Virus record (IMG/VR): IMGVR_UViG_3300006108_000017
Span: 1-56,213 of that record
DNA from: a virus
Lineage: Duplodnaviria > Caudoviricetes
DNA: 56,213 nt
Direction: 5' to 3' (one strand)
The translations under genes and the position numbers were made by a program. The notes beneath the pieces were generated by a model, which ran no database searches, had not been told where the DNA came from, and saw only the letters and a list, made by a program, of their open reading frames with translations. Below are positions 54,249 through 56,213 of the stretch, piece after piece (within the stretch, counting starts at the first letter, position 1; each line of letters begins with the position of its first letter).

Positions 54249-54601
54249 TTCCTCGGCTTCCAGGCCATCGCCCATTCATACACGTTCGTCTTCTTGATCG
54301 TGTCATCTTCTAGGGTGTTCACCCACGCTCCCAAATCATCCGCACACGCATAGCCAGCCTTGATGACTTCAAGCTCCAGTTCTGCGATCCTTGCGCGAAG
54401 AGCCTCGATCGTGGGAGTCACATCGTCTCGAAGTGCCTCACCGATTTTAGCTGCAGCAGCGCAGTGCGTTGGGGTCTTGCCGTAGGTGGTGACCCACTCT
54501 ATCCCATCAGGGCCGATGCGGCGCGCTAGGATAATGACTTGATCATAGTTGTGTTTTTTCGCCAGCGCCTTAGCTGCAGAAATAGGAATTTTATCTGGCA
54601 T
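54245..54601 (-). CDS. Hypothetical protein
   Basis: IPISAAK...YDQVII...TTYG. Confidence 0.7.
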   Translation of the reverse strand: MPDKIPISAAKALAKKHNYDQVIILARRIGPDGIEWVTTYGKTPTHCAAAAKIGEALRDDVTPTIEALRARIAELELEVIKAGYACADDLGAWVNTLEDDTIKKTNVYEWAMAWKPRK

Positions 54602-54890
54602 TCAGAACCTTCTTCGCAACTTCGTGGAGGTTGGTGCAGGCGCCATCGAAGCGATCGTACTTGATGTGCTTCTCGGCGGCATCTTGCTCAGCAGCTTCGG
54701 ACATTGCGTCACAGGATTTTGCCATGCCCTCTATAGACATGTAGTCCTTGTAGCGTTGGATGCCAGCTTCTTTGCCGGCTTGGAAGCCGACCTCGAAGGT
54801 GTGGTTCACCACGTACATGCCGCAGAATATAAAGACGATCGTGAGGATGACCCAGACAATCGTAGAGTGGGAAGTGTAGACCTTTGACAT
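54591..54890 (-). CDS. Small membrane-anchored protein
   Basis: GGAGG RBS; one TM; promoter GTTTACA at 54914..54943. Confidence 0.65.
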   Translation of the reverse strand: MSKVYTSHSTIVWVILTIVFIFCGMYVVNHTFEVGFQAGKEAGIQRYKDYMSIEGMAKSCDAMSEAAEQDAAEKHIKYDRFDGACTNLHEVAKKVLNAR

Positions 54891-54974
54891 GGCAAAATCC
54901 TCCATTGGATTACAGCGTATCCTGATTCTGTGCAAATGTAAACAGGAAAAAGTTTGTCAACCTGCCTCTTTCCT

Positions 54975-55003
54975 GTTTACAACCTGGCGTACCAGTATAA
55001 TAT
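54975..55003 (+). promoter_or_regulatory. Early promoter, divergent
   Basis: GTTTACA...TATAATAT. Confidence 0.7.
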
Positions 55004-55034
55004 CAGATCATCAACACAGCTACGGAGAATCACA

Positions 55035-55397
55035 ATGGCTACCCGTTTTGTTGAAGTGGATCGGAACTCCTTCATCGCCGCTCTTGAGGCGAAGGGATTT
55101 TCTCGGGATCAAGAAGCTTACGGTGAAGTCGTTTATGTCCGTCAGCACCACGTTGATCCTACCATGTTTGTGAAGGTCTACACTTCACTTCCTCAGAATG
55201 CCGGTGATTCTCGTGCATGCGGTCAAGACGCCATCCGCGTTCTTCTGATGTTCAAGAATCCTAAGAGCGGTAAAGCCGGTTGCCTGTTCAAATCCTCGCG
55301 GGTTTATCGGACCGGTTCTCAAGAGAAGGTCATCGAGCGCACCTTCGAACGTGCTCGCGAAGCTTACGCCGAAGCTAATCGCCGCGTTAAGCGCTAA
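55035..55397 (+). CDS. Hypothetical early protein
   Basis: GGAGA RBS; VKVYTS...DSRACGQDAIRV. Confidence 0.75.
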   Translation: MATRFVEVDRNSFIAALEAKGFSRDQEAYGEVVYVRQHHVDPTMFVKVYTSLPQNAGDSRACGQDAIRVLLMFKNPKSGKAGCLFKSSRVYRTGSQEKVIERTFERAREAYAEANRRVKR

Positions 55398-55657
55398 CGC
55401 TTCCACCTAAGATGAACGATCGAAGCGATCCAGAATAGGTTCGCGATCATCACGGTAATGCCCGCATAGAAGCTGAAAATTTGGCCGAGATGCGGGTAGA
55501 ACCATACGTTCCAGGCTCCCCACACCGTGAAGAAAACCGTGGACAGCAGCGAGACGCCATGGGGCTCTCGCGTCTTCCACAGAACGCGAGCGTGATTCAA
55601 AATGAAGAGCGAGGCGAGAGCTTCAAAGCTCCCGTTGATGAGGTCGGGAGTGGTCAC
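55394..55657 (-). CDS. Small three-TM protein, PQ-loop / SemiSWEET-like
   Basis: 87 aa with three TM and K...GVS motif; promoter GTTTACA...TATAAT at 55694..55722. Confidence 0.6.
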   Translation of the reverse strand: MTTPDLINGSFEALASLFILNHARVLWKTREPHGVSLLSTVFFTVWGAWNVWFYPHLGQIFSFYAGITVMIANLFWIASIVHLRWKR

Positions 55658-55784
55658 ACGGAGAATCTCCAGGGAGAAAAAGGTTTACGATCCATTATAT
55701 AACATTCCGGGGGAATGTAAACAGGCCACGGATAAATAGTCGTCGAAGCACATGCTTCCGCAGACGCATACAGAGGGGCCGACA

Positions 55785-56213
55785 ATGGATTTCCTGACAT
55801 ACGAAGAGGCACGCGACACGATCGAAGATGGCGACATCATCTTTTTCGCATCGCCCATGACACCGCTAAATCCCATCCAATGCCTTATCATCCTCATCAC
55901 TGGCTCCCCTCTTACTCACTGCAACATCGCCTTCTGGGCAACCATTGGCGGGCAGCGCCGCCTTCTTGGCGTGGAGGCGCAGGGCTTTTCCAACCGTAGA
56001 ATCATCAACGAGAGCTTTTACTCTGGCCGCAAGCTGCTTGTCGTCAAGGCACCAAAGCCTTGGAGCGGAATGGCCGATGACGCTCTTGCTAAGATCGCCA
56101 TAAAGGACTACGGGTATTTCACGGCCATGTACGCTGGTCTACGCGATGCATTCGCGCACTGGTTTGGCGTGAGACTGCCAGCGTTCAAGAATCCTGGTGA
56201 GATTTGTTCCGAG
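55785..56213 (+). CDS. Permuted papain-like NlpC/P60 (YiiX/YebB-type) protein; truncated by window edge
   Basis: Manual translation MDFLTY...GDIIFF...THCNIAF...VEA...DYGY...ICSE; GATAAATA at 55731..55738. Confidence 0.75.
   Translation, partial: MDFLTYEEARDTIEDGDIIFFASPMTPLNPIQCLIILITGSPLTHCNIAFWATIGGQRRLLGVEAQGFSNRRIINESFYSGRKLLVVKAPKPWSGMADDALAKIAIKDYGYFTAMYAGLRDAFAHWFGVRLPAFKNPGEICSE

Noticed and set aside
1-56213. CRISPR array, rRNA, integrase or IS element
   Set aside because: No regularly spaced repeats or such genes were seen; the dispersed repeats are promoters
1-56213. Stop-codon reassignment
   Set aside because: Conserved genes are full length in code 11, and TAG, TGA and TAA all occur at natural gene ends

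Overview
This window is part of a large lytic dsDNA phage genome (T4-superfamily-like jumbo myophage by gene content; host probably proteobacterial). It is densely coding and almost all genes are on the minus strand. Replication and recombination genes include gp32 SSB, uvsX, uvsY, uvsW, clamp loader, ATP-dependent ligase and a frameshifted UvrD-like helicase. Nucleotide and NAD genes include nrdA, nrdB, glutaredoxin, dCMP deaminase, nadV and NadM-Nudix. An RNA-repair set comprises a CCA enzyme, a Thg1-like protein, an HD protein plus a Pnk-like kinase, and a Pol-beta nucleotidyltransferase. The window also encodes an Acb1-like anti-CBASS nuclease, GroES, a GH108 endolysin and many small early ORFs. 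About 24 GT(T/G)TAC-N~17-TAnnnT early promoters and many nATAAATA late promoters are visible. Highlights: (1) a circularly permuted two-piece tmRNA gene (tag ANDNAFEVALAA) that the ORF track misses; (2) a miniature DNA Pol III-alpha palm split into two genes 6.4 kb apart with no intein; (3) a shared two-hairpin leader (AACGA loop plus a hairpin over the Shine-Dalgarno) ahead of both NAD-salvage genes; (4) three antisense homing endonucleases at host-gene 3' ends, one leaving a fossil copy of the host C-terminus. Product calls come from motif recognition by eye with no database searches, and several start codons were adjusted using RBS and overlap evidence.
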